From contig JBHGNT010000012.1 in assembly GCA_043228905.1 (NCBI GenBank), positions 18,352,001 through 18,416,000 on the forward strand: a DNA stretch of 64,000 nucleotides. Reading direction: 5' to 3'. The notes below the pieces were generated by a model. The model had not been told where the DNA came from, made no database searches, and worked only from the letters and a program-made list of their open reading frames with translations. The stretch is from Azolla caroliniana. Lineage: Eukaryota > Plantae > Polypodiophyta. Below, one piece after another: positions 54,601 to 64,000 of this stretch; the first letter of the stretch is position 1, and every line of letters starts with the position of its first letter. The position numbers and the translations under genes were made by a program.

Positions 54601-57600
54601 TATAGCATGTAGTTTATGCTATGTGTGTGATTTCTACAGATGAAATTAGGCACCAGGCTTGGTTGTGAATGTTTTTTCTGCTTTGTACAAGCTTTTACTT
54701 CTTTAGATAAAGTTTATGAGAGAAATATAGCACTATGGACATGTGAGGAACTCAATATGTTAATTCTTGGTGGGGAATTTCGAAGATACACAATCAACTT
54801 AACAAATTAAAATTAAGTTTCATGTACTAGTTCTTTGTTGATAACAATGTAGCATTGAATATTGTTGTATGTTTGGCTGGACTAGCCGCAACACAGGTGT
54901 CTATCCGACACTTCTCCAAAGGGGTGGTAGGAATAGGATGTTAATGCACGTGTATGATAATTACAATTAAGCACAGACGAAGACAAGATCAATAAGCATA
55001 AGCAAAACTATATTAATTCTTCGTCCCTTCATTACAAAACATCGGATCCTTTTATAGGCATCCGGCCAGATTACAATCGGTGCTCTTAGGCAACCGTTAA
55101 CCGAAACCGAATCGATTCGGATCCGGATCGGTTACAACTACCGGATCCGTCCCTCCTAATAATTCTATTTATCTATTTATCCGCTTCGACTCCGATCCAT
55201 CTTTGCTTTCCCATTTGCCTTCTTCTGACCGGCCAACACATGGCACGCCCGTGGGAAAGTGCGTTGCACTTCGAACCCACAGCCGGCTTCAGTCTTCCTC
55301 CAAAATATCCAGCAAACTCCGCTCAGAGGTTTCAAGTGTTGCCTTGCCTGTGCCGTCTCCGACTTCCGATTCGATTGGCTGCCTTTCCGCATCTTGCTGC
55401 TCCGACTCTGCTTGTACCGGTGGTACCGGTGTTTCTTCTGTATCCTGTCCGGGTCTGTCCTGCTCTACCTCCGTTCCGTTCCCGGTATCGCTCTCTCCGG
55501 TTTCCACTGGTTGTGTCCTTTCCTCCCCGGATTCGGTACTTCCCTGTCTCCACTCTTCATCATCCCCGGCATCAACCTGTTCTTGCTCCGGAAGTTCTTC
55601 CTCGGGTATTTCTTGTCGGGGTGCGTTGTCGGTTGGGTCCTCTTCAGCCGGTCGCTCGCCCTCACTGATGGAGATCGGCGTTGTGTGTCCCTCGGCTTCC
55701 TGTCGCAGTCGGTCCTTCTCGTACCCTTCCAATTCTAGTTGGGTTTCGAGCTGCCCGTCATCCAACCTCTCTACTAACCCTCGGATTTCCTTGAGATGCT
55801 CTTCTGCTAGAGCATAGAAATCCTCTGACAGTTCTTCCCGGATGTTGACGATACTTTCTTCGTCCATTTTATAGAACCCATCTCCGGTTTTCTTCCGATT
55901 TTCTGCATCAGCTCGGAGTGTCTGCAGTTCAGCTGCCTGTTGTGCCCATTCTCTCCAAAGCTTCTCTGTGCTTTCATTTATGCTGGCCTGAGCTCGGGTA
56001 CTCCAGCTTGACATGATGAGCTTGATCCGGCCAACCCCTGCTTTAGCCTGTGCCGAGGCTGCTTGTTTTTCCTTCCTTATCCGCTTGATGATGTCGGCCA
56101 TTAACTGAGCTTGAGCTTCATAGTCGACTTTTTGCTTGTCACAGGTACTTCGCCATTTGCTAATTTCGAAAGTCGACTTCACTTTTTCCTCGTTCCTGCT
56201 CTTTGTCAGCTCCCATACTTCCTGCCGAAGTACTTCCATCTCCTTTCTTTGTTCCGACATCAAGGTTTTTTCCGCCGATACTTCCTCCCTTGCTTTGGAC
56301 AATTCCAAGCGGTTTTCCTTGAGCTGCTCTTTCAGCTTCTCTATCTGTCGGTCGTACGTTGCTGCCTGATTCTTGCTGTCCGACGTGGCCTGTTTATAAT
56401 CCTTACATAGTCGGTCGAATTCTTCCGTCTTCTGTTTTAGGCGTCGGTTCGCCTGAGCTCTCAACCGATCATCCCGGTCCTTTTGTTGTCGGAGTTCCTC
56501 TCGCAACCGCTCGATTTCCTGCTCCATTCGTCGGCGCAGCCTATCTTTTTCCTTTTGCAGCTTCCCGTTTTCTTCTTGTAGTCGGTCATTGGTGGCTTTG
56601 CTTCGGCGAAGGCCTTCCTCCATTCGCCGTCTGTCGTCTTCTACCAACTTCCGCTGCTCCCTTTCGTTATCTCTCAATGCCTCCTGAGCCTGTAATTCTT
56701 CTTTCAAAGTTGCTATTAACTTCTCGGTCTCAGGGCCGGTTTGCAAGGCCTTCTCCGTTGCTGGTTCCGCTTGCTTTTCTGATGTCCCGACCGGCTCGGT
56801 GCCATCTTGTGCTTGTCGGTTTCCTTCTTTTGCCTGGGCTAGCTCTTCTTGCAGCTCATGTAATTGTGCCCGGAGCATGACCATTTCCCTAGTCGTCGTC
56901 CTGGTCACTTGTTCCCTTTGCTCCTCCTCTTTCTCCATCTGATCTGCCACTCCCGACAACTGCCCTGACAACCACCTTAGCCATTGTGCCTTTGTTCTTC
57001 CTTCGTCGGTGTGAGCAAGCGTACCTAGCTCCGGCTGTTTTTCCGGCTGTTTCTCCGGCCTCTTTCTTGCTCCGGTGCTTGTTCCTTTCTCTGTTCTTCG
57101 AGCTCCGCCGCCGTCGGTTCCGGTACTGCCGTCTTTGGTGCAGACGGACCTTCATCCTGTGTCGCTTCTGTTCCGGTTACTGGAGGCGGTTCTTTCGCCC
57201 GTTGCTGAGTTCCGTCCGCTGTTGGGGTCGGTCTTGTCGCCCGTTTCTCCTTTCCTCGCCTGGGTGGTAGTATTAACATCGGTTCGGATGAGTCTTCCTC
57301 TGTTTCAGCGTCCTCCGTCGGTGCGACTATCGGTTCCTTTACTGGTACCGGTTCCGATTCGAGCGTTACTGGTTCGGTGTCGGTTTGCCTCTTGCTGGTC
57401 TTCTTCGCCAGCTTCTCCTTGCCTTTTTCCGCCTTTTTCTTCTTCGTGGCCGGTTGCTGTTGCTGTTTCTGTGGCTGCCGTGATGGGCCTTCCTCCCGTT
57501 GCCGTCGGGATGATCCTTCCTCCCGTTGCTGTCGGGACGAGTCTTCTTCCCGCGGCTGTCGGGAGGAGCCTTCCTCCCGTGGCGCTTCTTCTTCCTGTGT

Positions 57601-58849
57601 CCATCCCGGAGTGTGTTTCTCTAGGATTCGTCGGCGCTTCATGGTTTGCTTCGGCGTAGTCTCCTGCCGACTTCTTTTCTTGTGCTTGATGGGGGACACC
57701 GGTGGGACCAACACCGTTAACCATTGTGATATCCCGGCCCATGGCTTCTTCCCTTCCACCAAGTGCTTGATCGCCTCTTTCAGTCCTTCGGTAATGAAGT
57801 GGAGCCAGTCCACCTGCAGGCCTTCGAATGTCGCGATGACGATCGCTGCTCGGTATTTGGCTATGGCTGGCGGACGAGGGTTCACGAACCCATACTCCAT
57901 CAGGGCGCGGGCCACCTCTCCGAACAGCAGGTTCTCTCCGCCCTGTGTGCGATACGCCTTGCTGCTAAGGGAATATTCGCCGAAATACTCGAAGAATATT
58001 TGGCTTGAGGGTAGCTCTATTGTCTGAAGTCCTCCCTCCGCAATCCCTGTGAGCGCTTGTACCGCTCCTTCGGTGACTTCTGCCAGGTCCACTGCTGTTG
58101 CCGCCTGCTCTGGTTCCTTGTGTGGCGGAGCGTCGGCGACCCGCAGCAGCCCTCCTAATCCGTTCTCCATCAGCCATTGTCGCGCTCCTTTCGACAGTGC
58201 CATCGCTTCTTCTTCCTCTGCTGCTGCCTGTGGTCTGAGGTCGGGGTGTGGGTGTTCTGCGCGTCGGATCTCGCTGTCTTGAGCCTGCGTTTGCTTGTAG
58301 GAAAATTCGTAAAAAGTGAATCCTTCTCCGGTTCTTCCTTTATATAGTGGCGTTTCCCTCGAGCCGCCTTTTCCCGTTTTCCGCGCGTGCGTATCTCCCG
58401 CCATAATTAGCATGTCACTCTTTAATTTTGGCGCCTGCACGTCCTCTGCCTCGAATAGCATGTCCTATTTTTGACGCCTGCGCATGCTCTGCCATGATTA
58501 GCATGTCTGTCCTTGGCTGCCGCGTGTCATGATTGCGCTTCTTTGCTGCGTGTGACGAATCTCCTACGTGTCTGTCATTATGGCTCCTTGATTGCCGCGC
58601 GTGTCAAATCGTGTACATCGGCCCCCCACGTTCTGTGCTTTAAATAGCCCGTGCACCCGCGTGGCCTCTTAAATGATGACGGTTGTAACTACCTCCTTCA
58701 TCATTACCTTGATTTTCTTGATCCTTTCTTAATTATGATTTGCTTTGATTATTACTTGATTTGGTTCCTTTTTTTGATCTTTTCTTGTCTTGAATTTTCT
58801 CACCTTAACACCACGTCATTTTGATTTTCTCACCTTAACACCACGTCTT

Positions 58850-58883
<34 letters not shown>

Positions 58884-61800
58884 CCTGTGCCGCATCACTG
58901 TTCGGTTTCCCCCGATGTGTTCGGGTCGGTGCGCACTGTTGTCGGTTCCTCGTTGTTCCGCCTCGGTGTCGGCTCCTCGGTCCTCCTGATCTGTGTCGGT
59001 TCCTTGTCCTTCAGGTCGTCCGGGTCTTGCTTGAAGGGGTTGGCTGGCATGTGCCCCTTATACGGTTTTAGGCGAAACCCATTTGCCCATTTGCCCACAA
59101 CTTCTCCTGCCAACGTCCCGAGCTGGTAAGACCCATTGTACTCCTTTGTGATCCAGAATGGTCCGGTCCATCGAAATCGCAATTTCCCCGGCATGTTCCC
59201 CATCCGTGTCTGGAACAGCAATACTGGTTTCCCGACCTCGAATTCCTTTTCGTTACCCCGCCGGTGTCGGTCTACGAAGGCTTTCCTCCTCCTTTGCTCT
59301 AGTTCTAGCTGTAGCAGGCTGGCTATTCGATTTTCTTCCAGTTCCAACAGCATCTCCAGCCGGATTCGTTCGGATTCCTTCTCGCTTAACCGCTCCTTAA
59401 CCTGTATTCTTAAGCTAGGAATTTGGAATTCTACTGGCATGACTGCTTCCAAGCCGAATGCCAGTCGGAACGGGGTCGTCCGGATGCTGGTCTTGTACGC
59501 CGTTCGGTACGCCCACAGCACGCTCTGCAACTTCGTGTCCCAGTCGGTCCGGTTCTCATTGACGATTTTTCTAAGGATGTTATGTAGCGTTTTGTTCGTT
59601 GATTCCGCTAATCCGTTGGCTTGAGGGTAGTAGGGAGTGCTCCGTTTGTGTACTACCGCATAGAATGATGTCAAACTTTCCACCACCTGCTCGAGGAAAT
59701 GTCCTCCCTGGTCACTGATCAGCTCAATCGGGCATCCGTACCGACACCATATGCATTCGTATAAAAATTTGGCCGTGGACGCCGCCGTGTTGTCCCGTAG
59801 TGCCTTTGCTTCTACCCATTTCGTGCAGTAGTCGGTAGCCACTATTATATACCGATTTCCGGTCCGCATTGCCGGTGGCTTGAAGGGACCGACAAAGTCC
59901 AATCCCCACTTTTGGAATGGTTCTAATGGCAGGACCGGGTGATGTGGCATCCGGGCCTGCTCCGTGGGTTGGCCCAATCGTTGACACAGGTCGCATTCCC
60001 TGCTATACTTAACGGCATCTCTCATGGTAGTCGGCCACCATAGTCCGCTCTGCCATATTTTCCGGGCTGTTGCTTCGCCGGCATAATGCCCGCCTGCAAT
60101 TCCACAGTGGGCTTCCCTCAGGATCAGATCCTTTTCATCGCTCCGCACTGCTCGCCTCCATACGCCATCTGCCCCCTTGTGATAGAGGGTGTCTCCCACC
60201 AAGCAGAAATGTCTGCTCCTTACCGCCATCCTTCGTGACACTGTACACCATTCCCAATGCCTCTCATTCCGTTGTCGAGTAGTTCCGCTCGGCTTTCGAG
60301 AGTTTCCTGCTTGCGTAGTACACCGGCAGAGCTAGCCCAAGCAAAAGAAGGAAACCGACAAGCACAAGATGGCACCGAGCCGGTCGGGACATCAGAAAAG
60401 CAAGCGGAACCAGCAACGGAGAAGGCCTTGCAAACCAGCCCTGAGACCGAGAAGTTAATAGCAACTCTGAAAGAAGAATTACAGGCTCAGGAGGCATTGA
60501 GAGATAACGAAAGGGAGCAGCGGAAGTTGGTAGAAGACGACAGACGGCGAATGGAGGAAGGCCTTCGCCGAAGCAAAGCCACCAATGACCGACTACAAGA
60601 AGAAAACGGGAAGCTGCAAAAGGAAAAAGATAGGCTGCGCCGACGAATGGAGCAGGAAATCGAGCGGTTGCGAGAGGAACTCCGACAACAAAAGGACCGG
60701 GATGATCGGTTGAGAGCTCAGGCGAACCAACGCCTAAAACAGAAGACGGAAGAATTCGACCGACTATGTAAGGATTATAAACAGGCCACGTCGGACAGCA
60801 AGAATCAGGCAGCAACGTACGACCGACAGATAGAGAAGCTGAAAGAGCAGCTCAAGGAAAACCGCTTGGAATTGTCCAAAGCAAGGGAGGAAGTATCGGC
60901 GGAAAAAACCTTGATGTCGGAACAAAGAAAGGAGATGGAAGTACTTCGGCAGGAAGTATGGGAGCTGACAAAGAGCAGGAACGAGGAAAAAGTGAAGTCG
61001 ACTTTCGAAATTAGCAAATGGCGAAGTACCTGTGACAAGCAAAAAGTCGACTATGAAGCTCAAGCTCAGTTAATGGCCGACATCATCAAGCGGATAAGGA
61101 AGGAAAAACAAGCAGCCTCGGCACAGGCTAAAGCAGGGGTTGGCCGGATCAAGCTCATCATGTCAAGCTGGAGTACCCGAGCTCAGGCCAGCATAAATGA
61201 AAGCACAGAGAAGCTTTGGAGAGAATGGGCACAACAGGCAGCTGAACTGCAGACACTCCGAGCTGATGCAGAAAATCGGAAGAAAACCGGAGATGGGTTC
61301 TATAAAATGGACGAAGAAAGTATCGTCAACATCCGGGAAGAACTGTCAGAGGATTTCTATGCTCTAGCAGAAGAGCATCTCAAGGAAATCCGAGGGTTAG
61401 TAGAGAGGTTGGATGACGGGCAGCTCGAAACCCAACTAGAATTGGAAGGGTACGAGAAGGACCGACTGCGACAGGAAGCCGAGGGACACACAACGCCGAT
61501 CTCCATCAGTGAGGGCGAGCGACCGGCTGAAGAGGACCCAACCGACAACGCACCCCGACAAGAAATACCCGAGGAAGAACTTCCGGAGCAAGAACAGGTT
61601 GATGCCGGGGAGGATGAAGAGTGGAGACAGGGAAGTACCGAATCCGGGGAGGAAAGGACACAACCAGTGGAAACCGGAGAGAGCGATACCGGGAACGGAA
61701 CGGAGGTAGAGCAGGACAGACCCGGACAGGATACAGAAGAAACACCGGTACCACCGGTACAAGCAGAGTCGGAGCAGCAAGATGCGGAAAGGCAGCCAAT

Positions 61801-63913
61801 CGAATCGGAAGTCGGAGACGGCACAGGCAAGGCAACACTTGAAACCTCTGAGCGGAGTTTGCTGGATATTTTGGAGGAAGACTGAAGCCGGCTGTGGGTT
61901 CGAAGTGCAACGCACTTTCCCACGGGCGTGCCATGTGTTGGCCGGTCAGAAGAAGGCAAATGGGAAAGCAAAGATGGATCGGAGTCGAAGCGGATAAATA
62001 GATAAATAGAATTATTAGGAGGGACGGATCCGGTAGTTGTAACCGATCCGGATCCGAAGACCAACAAATATTGTGCTTCTAGATTATTATATCCCTTATT
62101 TCATGGATTTATTATTCGTTTCCCTTATATTTGTACTTCTTAGATTATTACATGAATGATAACCTCTTACGTGACTGTTCATGAATGTTTTTGCCTTTGT
62201 CATTTTTATCCTTTCTCCACTCATTTCACATTCAATTATACTATTTATAAAAAATGTGCTTTTTTAATAATTCCTTGGCAGGTGCACTATACTATTTCAG
62301 ATGAAATATCAAAGGATGATCCCTCATCACTGAGGGGATCTCCTTGGGAGCTGCGGCTTGCTACCAAAATTCTACGAGAAAGGTCACTTCAGTCTTAGTA
62401 AATGCCTCATATTTAATTCCGCATAATTATGAAATATTCTAAAGTAAATATGCCTATGTAACATAGGGCAAAAGCAGCTGATTCAACTTGGTATCAATTG
62501 ATCAGAATTCTGCCAAATTCGTTAAGATTGCCACTGTTTTTCTCAGAATCAGTGAGTAGATACGCATCATGTTTTTTAGAATCCACCTCATGTTTGGAAT
62601 GGCAATGGCTTTCATTCCTGAAGAGTATCATGTTAAGTATTATTGAATAACATCTTTCATTATCTATAGGAGCTCAAAAATTCTGAAGATGATTCTTTAA
62701 TAAGTGAGGTACGGGCATTAAGAATCTTTGCAGAAAGGTCATTCAATGTGCTCTATCAGGACGAGACAGCTGGGGCTGATTTTAATAATTTTGGTAAGAT
62801 TCTTAGCTATCATAAAGTTTTAGTTTGGGTTTGATGATGCCATACAAGAAAGAGAACGTCTAATTAGTAACCACAAATGTGTTAAATTGTAGTGTGTGTG
62901 GTAATGGGTACATGTTAGGAGCTTTATGTAACCCGGAGTTGTGTCTTTGAACTTTGAATACAGACAAGAATAAGTCTGTGTGTGTCTACAGAGTCTATCT
63001 GTCACACACACACACTCAGTAGATGGGTTCTTGTGAGCATTAGGCTAAGTCATCTGATTCTACATAGACACTGCAGCAGATTTGCTCCCCATCATCTCTG
63101 CTGAAGCTCGATACATGACCTTTGAAGCTGAATACAGAAACTATCTGAGCCTTGACGTGCACCATGAAGTTGTGGATTCACCTTGTGGATTCATCTAGAG
63201 CATTGGGCTCGGCCATTGGTCTTGAGCAAATATTAGCCTTGACATTTACTCTCGAGGATTGAACTTGGACGTTTGAATCAAAGACCTGACTCGAGTATTT
63301 GTGATTGTTCTGCTCACTGAACAATTCTTTAGGCACTCAACACATACCTGGGATGGCATTGGCATCAGAATTTATGACTATGTGTCAAACGAGTATGATG
63401 GATTGAACCTCAATTTCTTGAAGGAGCAGATGTAGGACTATCTCATCATGAAAGGACAGATAGATCCAATTGAAAAAGAATTTGCACCTGTCGAGTATGA
63501 ATCTACAGAATGGTCAAAACTTGATTGGCTAGTTATTTGAATGCATTGAATCATCTTACTTCATAGTACACTCATGTATGACAACTCACAACCTGTGACA
63601 GACACTATCAGACACCGATGAAATGAAAGCTGCTTCCACAAAGATGATACAATGGGTGCAAATTCCCAATGAAATCATCATCTCAGAGTTGTACTATTAC
63701 AATGGATACTTTAAAAGCTTTTTTTCTTTATGCATGGTATGTTGCTTTTGTGGTAAGACTGAACGTTATGACTTGCAGCGTGGGCATTGGCTTTGGTGTA
63801 TGCTTTCGCATGCAGAGCAGAGTATCCACAACATAAAGGGAAACTGAATACCAAAAATTCTCATTTGTTAATACCCTTTCTTGGCTCTCCTACAGATCCC
63901 TCATCCATAGGAG
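51637..63913 (+). CDS. SET-domain protein, Rubisco-LSMT/SETD3-like family (multi-exon, continues beyond the window)
   Basis: Phase-consistent exons 51637-51756 (link to the rest uncertain), 53154-53324 (ALSWIEER), 54149-54250 (RGYKLNAIAMLDLEAHDTLLEIP), 62282-62382 (VHYTIS...PWELRLATKILRE), 62467-62551 (RAKAADSTWYQLIRILPNSLRLPLFFSES), 62670-62793 (ELKNSEDDSLISEV...F), 63779-63913 (AWALALVYAFA...LLIPFLG). The motif order matches LSMT-type SET with the SET-I insert. Confidence 0.72.
54863..55238 (-). repeat. 3' LTR of the gypsy element (376 bp)
   Basis: Minus strand TGTTGGCC...TACAACA with 5-bp terminal inverted repeat TGTTG/CAACA, internal TATAAAA, located ~50 bp after the accessory ORF stop. 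Confidence 0.82.
55289..56971 (-). CDS. Gypsy accessory ORF, C-terminal part: long coiled coil plus acidic tail
   Basis: 560-aa ORF rich in E/K/R/Q heptads. Its frame extends upstream (KRPEKQPEKQPELGTLAH...WLRWLSG) and overlaps the end of the upstream ORF, implying a frameshift near 57060. Confidence 0.65.
   Translation of the reverse strand: MSGQLSGVADQMEKEEEQREQVTRTTTREMVMLRAQLHELQEELAQAKEGNRQAQDGTEPVGTSEKQAEPATEKALQTGPETEKLIATLKEELQAQEALRDNEREQRKLVEDDRRRMEEGLRRSKATNDRLQEENGKLQKEKDRLRRRMEQEIERLREELRQQKDRDDRLRAQANRRLKQKTEEFDRLCKDYKQATSDSKNQAATYDRQIEKLKEQLKENRLELSKAREEVSAEKTLMSEQRKEMEVLRQEVWELTKSRNEEKVKSTFEISKWRSTCDKQKVDYEAQAQLMADIIKRIRKEKQAASAQAKAGVGRIKLIMSSWSTRAQASINESTEKLWREWAQQAAELQTLRADAENRKKTGDGFYKMDEESIVNIREELSEDFYALAEEHLKEIRGLVERLDDGQLETQLELEGYEKDRLRQEAEGHTTPISISEGERPAEEDPTDNAPRQEIPEEELPEQEQVDAGDDEEWRQGSTESGEERTQPVETGESDTGNGTEVEQDRPGQDTEETPVPPVQAESEQQDAERQPIESEVGDGTGKATLETSERSLLDILEED
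57025..58203 (-). CDS. Gypsy accessory ORF, N-terminal part (globular domain plus charged repeats)
   Basis: ATG 58203 (MALSKGARQWL), ~135 bp after a TATATAAA. The globular region with VDWLHFITEGL resembles plant retrotransposon extra-ORF domains. Four 27-bp REE(G/D)(S/P)SR repeats follow. Confidence 0.65.
   Translation of the reverse strand: MALSKGARQWLMENGLGGLLRVADAPPHKEPEQAATAVDLAEVTEGAVQALTGIAEGGLQTIELPSSQIFFEYFGEYSLSSKAYRTQGGENLLFGEVARALMEYGFVNPRPPAIAKYRAAIVIATFEGLQVDWLHFITEGLKEAIKHLVEGKKPWAGISQWLTVLVPPVSPIKHKKRSRQETTPKQTMKRRRILEKHTPGWTQEEEAPREEGSSRQPREEDSSRQQREEGSSRRQREEGPSRQPQKQQQQPATKKKKAEKGKEKLAKKTSKRQTDTEPVTLESEPVPVKEPIVAPTEDAETEEDSSEPMLILPPRRGKEKRATRPTPTADGTQQRAKEPPPVTGTEATQDEGPSAPKTAVPEPTAAELEEQRKEQAPEQERGRRNSRKNSRS
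58895..60241 (-). CDS. Ty3/gypsy integrase (pol remnant)
   Basis: H2C2 (H..IAGGH...CDLCQ), core WGLDFVGP, DYCTKW, LISDQG, YPQANGLAESTN, C-terminal KLRFRWTGPF (GPY/F). No chromodomain. Confidence 0.93.
   Translation of the reverse strand: MSRRMAVRSRHFCLVGDTLYHKGADGVWRRAVRSDEKDLILREAHCGIAGGHYAGEATARKIWQSGLWWPTTMRDAVKYSRECDLCQRLGQPTEQARMPHHPVLPLEPFQKWGLDFVGPFKPPAMRTGNRYIIVATDYCTKWVEAKALRDNTAASTAKFLYECIWCRYGCPIELISDQGGHFLEQVVESLTSFYAVVHKRSTPYYPQANGLAESTNKTLHNILRKIVNENRTDWDTKLQSVLWAYRTAYKTSIRTTPFRLAFGLEAVMPVEFQIPSLRIQVKERLSEKESERIRLEMLLELEENRIASLLQLELEQRRRKAFVDRHRRGNEKEFEVGKPVLLFQTRMGNMPGKLRFRWTGPFWITKEYNGSYQLGTLAGEVVGKWANGFRLKPYKGHMPANPFKQDPDDLKDKEPTQIRRTEEPTPRRNNEEPTTVRTDPNTSGETEQ
60234..60327 (-). 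pseudogene. Gypsy RNase H N-terminal fragment fused by deletion to the integrase region
   Basis: PVYYASRKLSKAERNYSTTE*EALGMVYSVTK runs directly into MAVRSRHFCLVGD. Confidence 0.85.
60328..62058 (+). repeat. Inverted duplication (1731 bp) of 55116-56846: coiled-coil ORF plus LTR 5' part
   Basis: Mirror coordinates sum to 117174 throughout (e.g. 55289/61885). The translated ORFs are identical apart from G>S, R>Q and D>E. Confidence 0.97.
62870..63650 (+). mobile_element. Decayed copia relic (possible LTR plus gag N-terminus) in a SET-gene intron, related to the copia at the window start
   Basis: 63390-63647 reads DGLNLNFLKEQM*DYLIMKGQIDPIEKE...EWSKLD...TLSDT..MKAASTKM, matching gag FDGSNFNFWKEQMQDYLIVKGQIDPIENE...TLSDTYEKKVAATKM. 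The left boundary is approximate. Confidence 0.75.
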
Positions 63914-64000
63914 GTTCGTATGTACTTTGAAAAACTCATTTTGCAGAATTGTTTTCAGATTGTGTTCTTTCTAATTGATTAAATATTTAATCAGCTTCTA

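Larger units (their letters stand above)
54863..62066 (-). mobile_element. Rearranged Ty3/gypsy LTR retrotransposon in the SET-gene intron, with 5-bp TSD
   Basis: TSD AATAT at 54858-54862 and 62067-62071, termini TGTTG...CCAACA. Contains an RNase H fragment, integrase, a large accessory ORF and one complete LTR. The 5' half is replaced by an inverted duplication. Confidence 0.9.

Noticed and set aside
55203-58282. Plus-strand ORFs overlapping the gypsy accessory ORF (and their mirrors at 60264-62067)
   Set aside because: Antisense shadows of GC-rich, low-complexity coding sequence.
60257-61885. 542-aa plus-strand coiled-coil ORF as an independent host gene
   Set aside because: It is the inverted copy of the retrotransposon ORF. 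Its N-terminus is antisense RNase H sequence created by the junction.
55116-62058. DIRS-like element with inverted terminal repeats
   Set aside because: The element has a DDE integrase, TG..CA ends and a 5-bp TSD, with no tyrosine recombinase. The inversion is a secondary rearrangement.

Overview
Eukaryotic land-plant nuclear DNA: AT-rich, GT-AG introns, (TATG)n microsatellites. Gene and TE style suggests a fern or other non-flowering vascular plant (inference only). Host genes: an intronless G-type lectin S-receptor kinase (SD2-5 type, 15142-17592 +), a 5-exon REIL/REI1 60S-biogenesis zinc-finger gene (23768-27475 +), an ERF084-like AP2/ERF (35330-36415 -), a 6-exon WEX Werner-like 3'-5' exonuclease (41061-47425 +) and a Rubisco-LSMT-family SET gene that runs off the right edge (from ~51637/53154 +). 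TEs: a Ty1/copia with 5' LTR and PBS inserted at the start of ORF2 of a LINE (1-6800 -), a 5'-truncated LINE RT (~28530-31090 -), a Mutator-type MITE with a 9-bp TSD, a copia gag relic and many short tandem duplications. The most striking structure is a TSD-flanked Ty3/gypsy element (54863-62066) in an intron of the SET gene. Its 5' half is replaced by a near-perfect 1731-bp inverted copy of its own accessory ORF plus part of the LTR, giving a host-transcribed fold-back that could seed siRNAs against the family.
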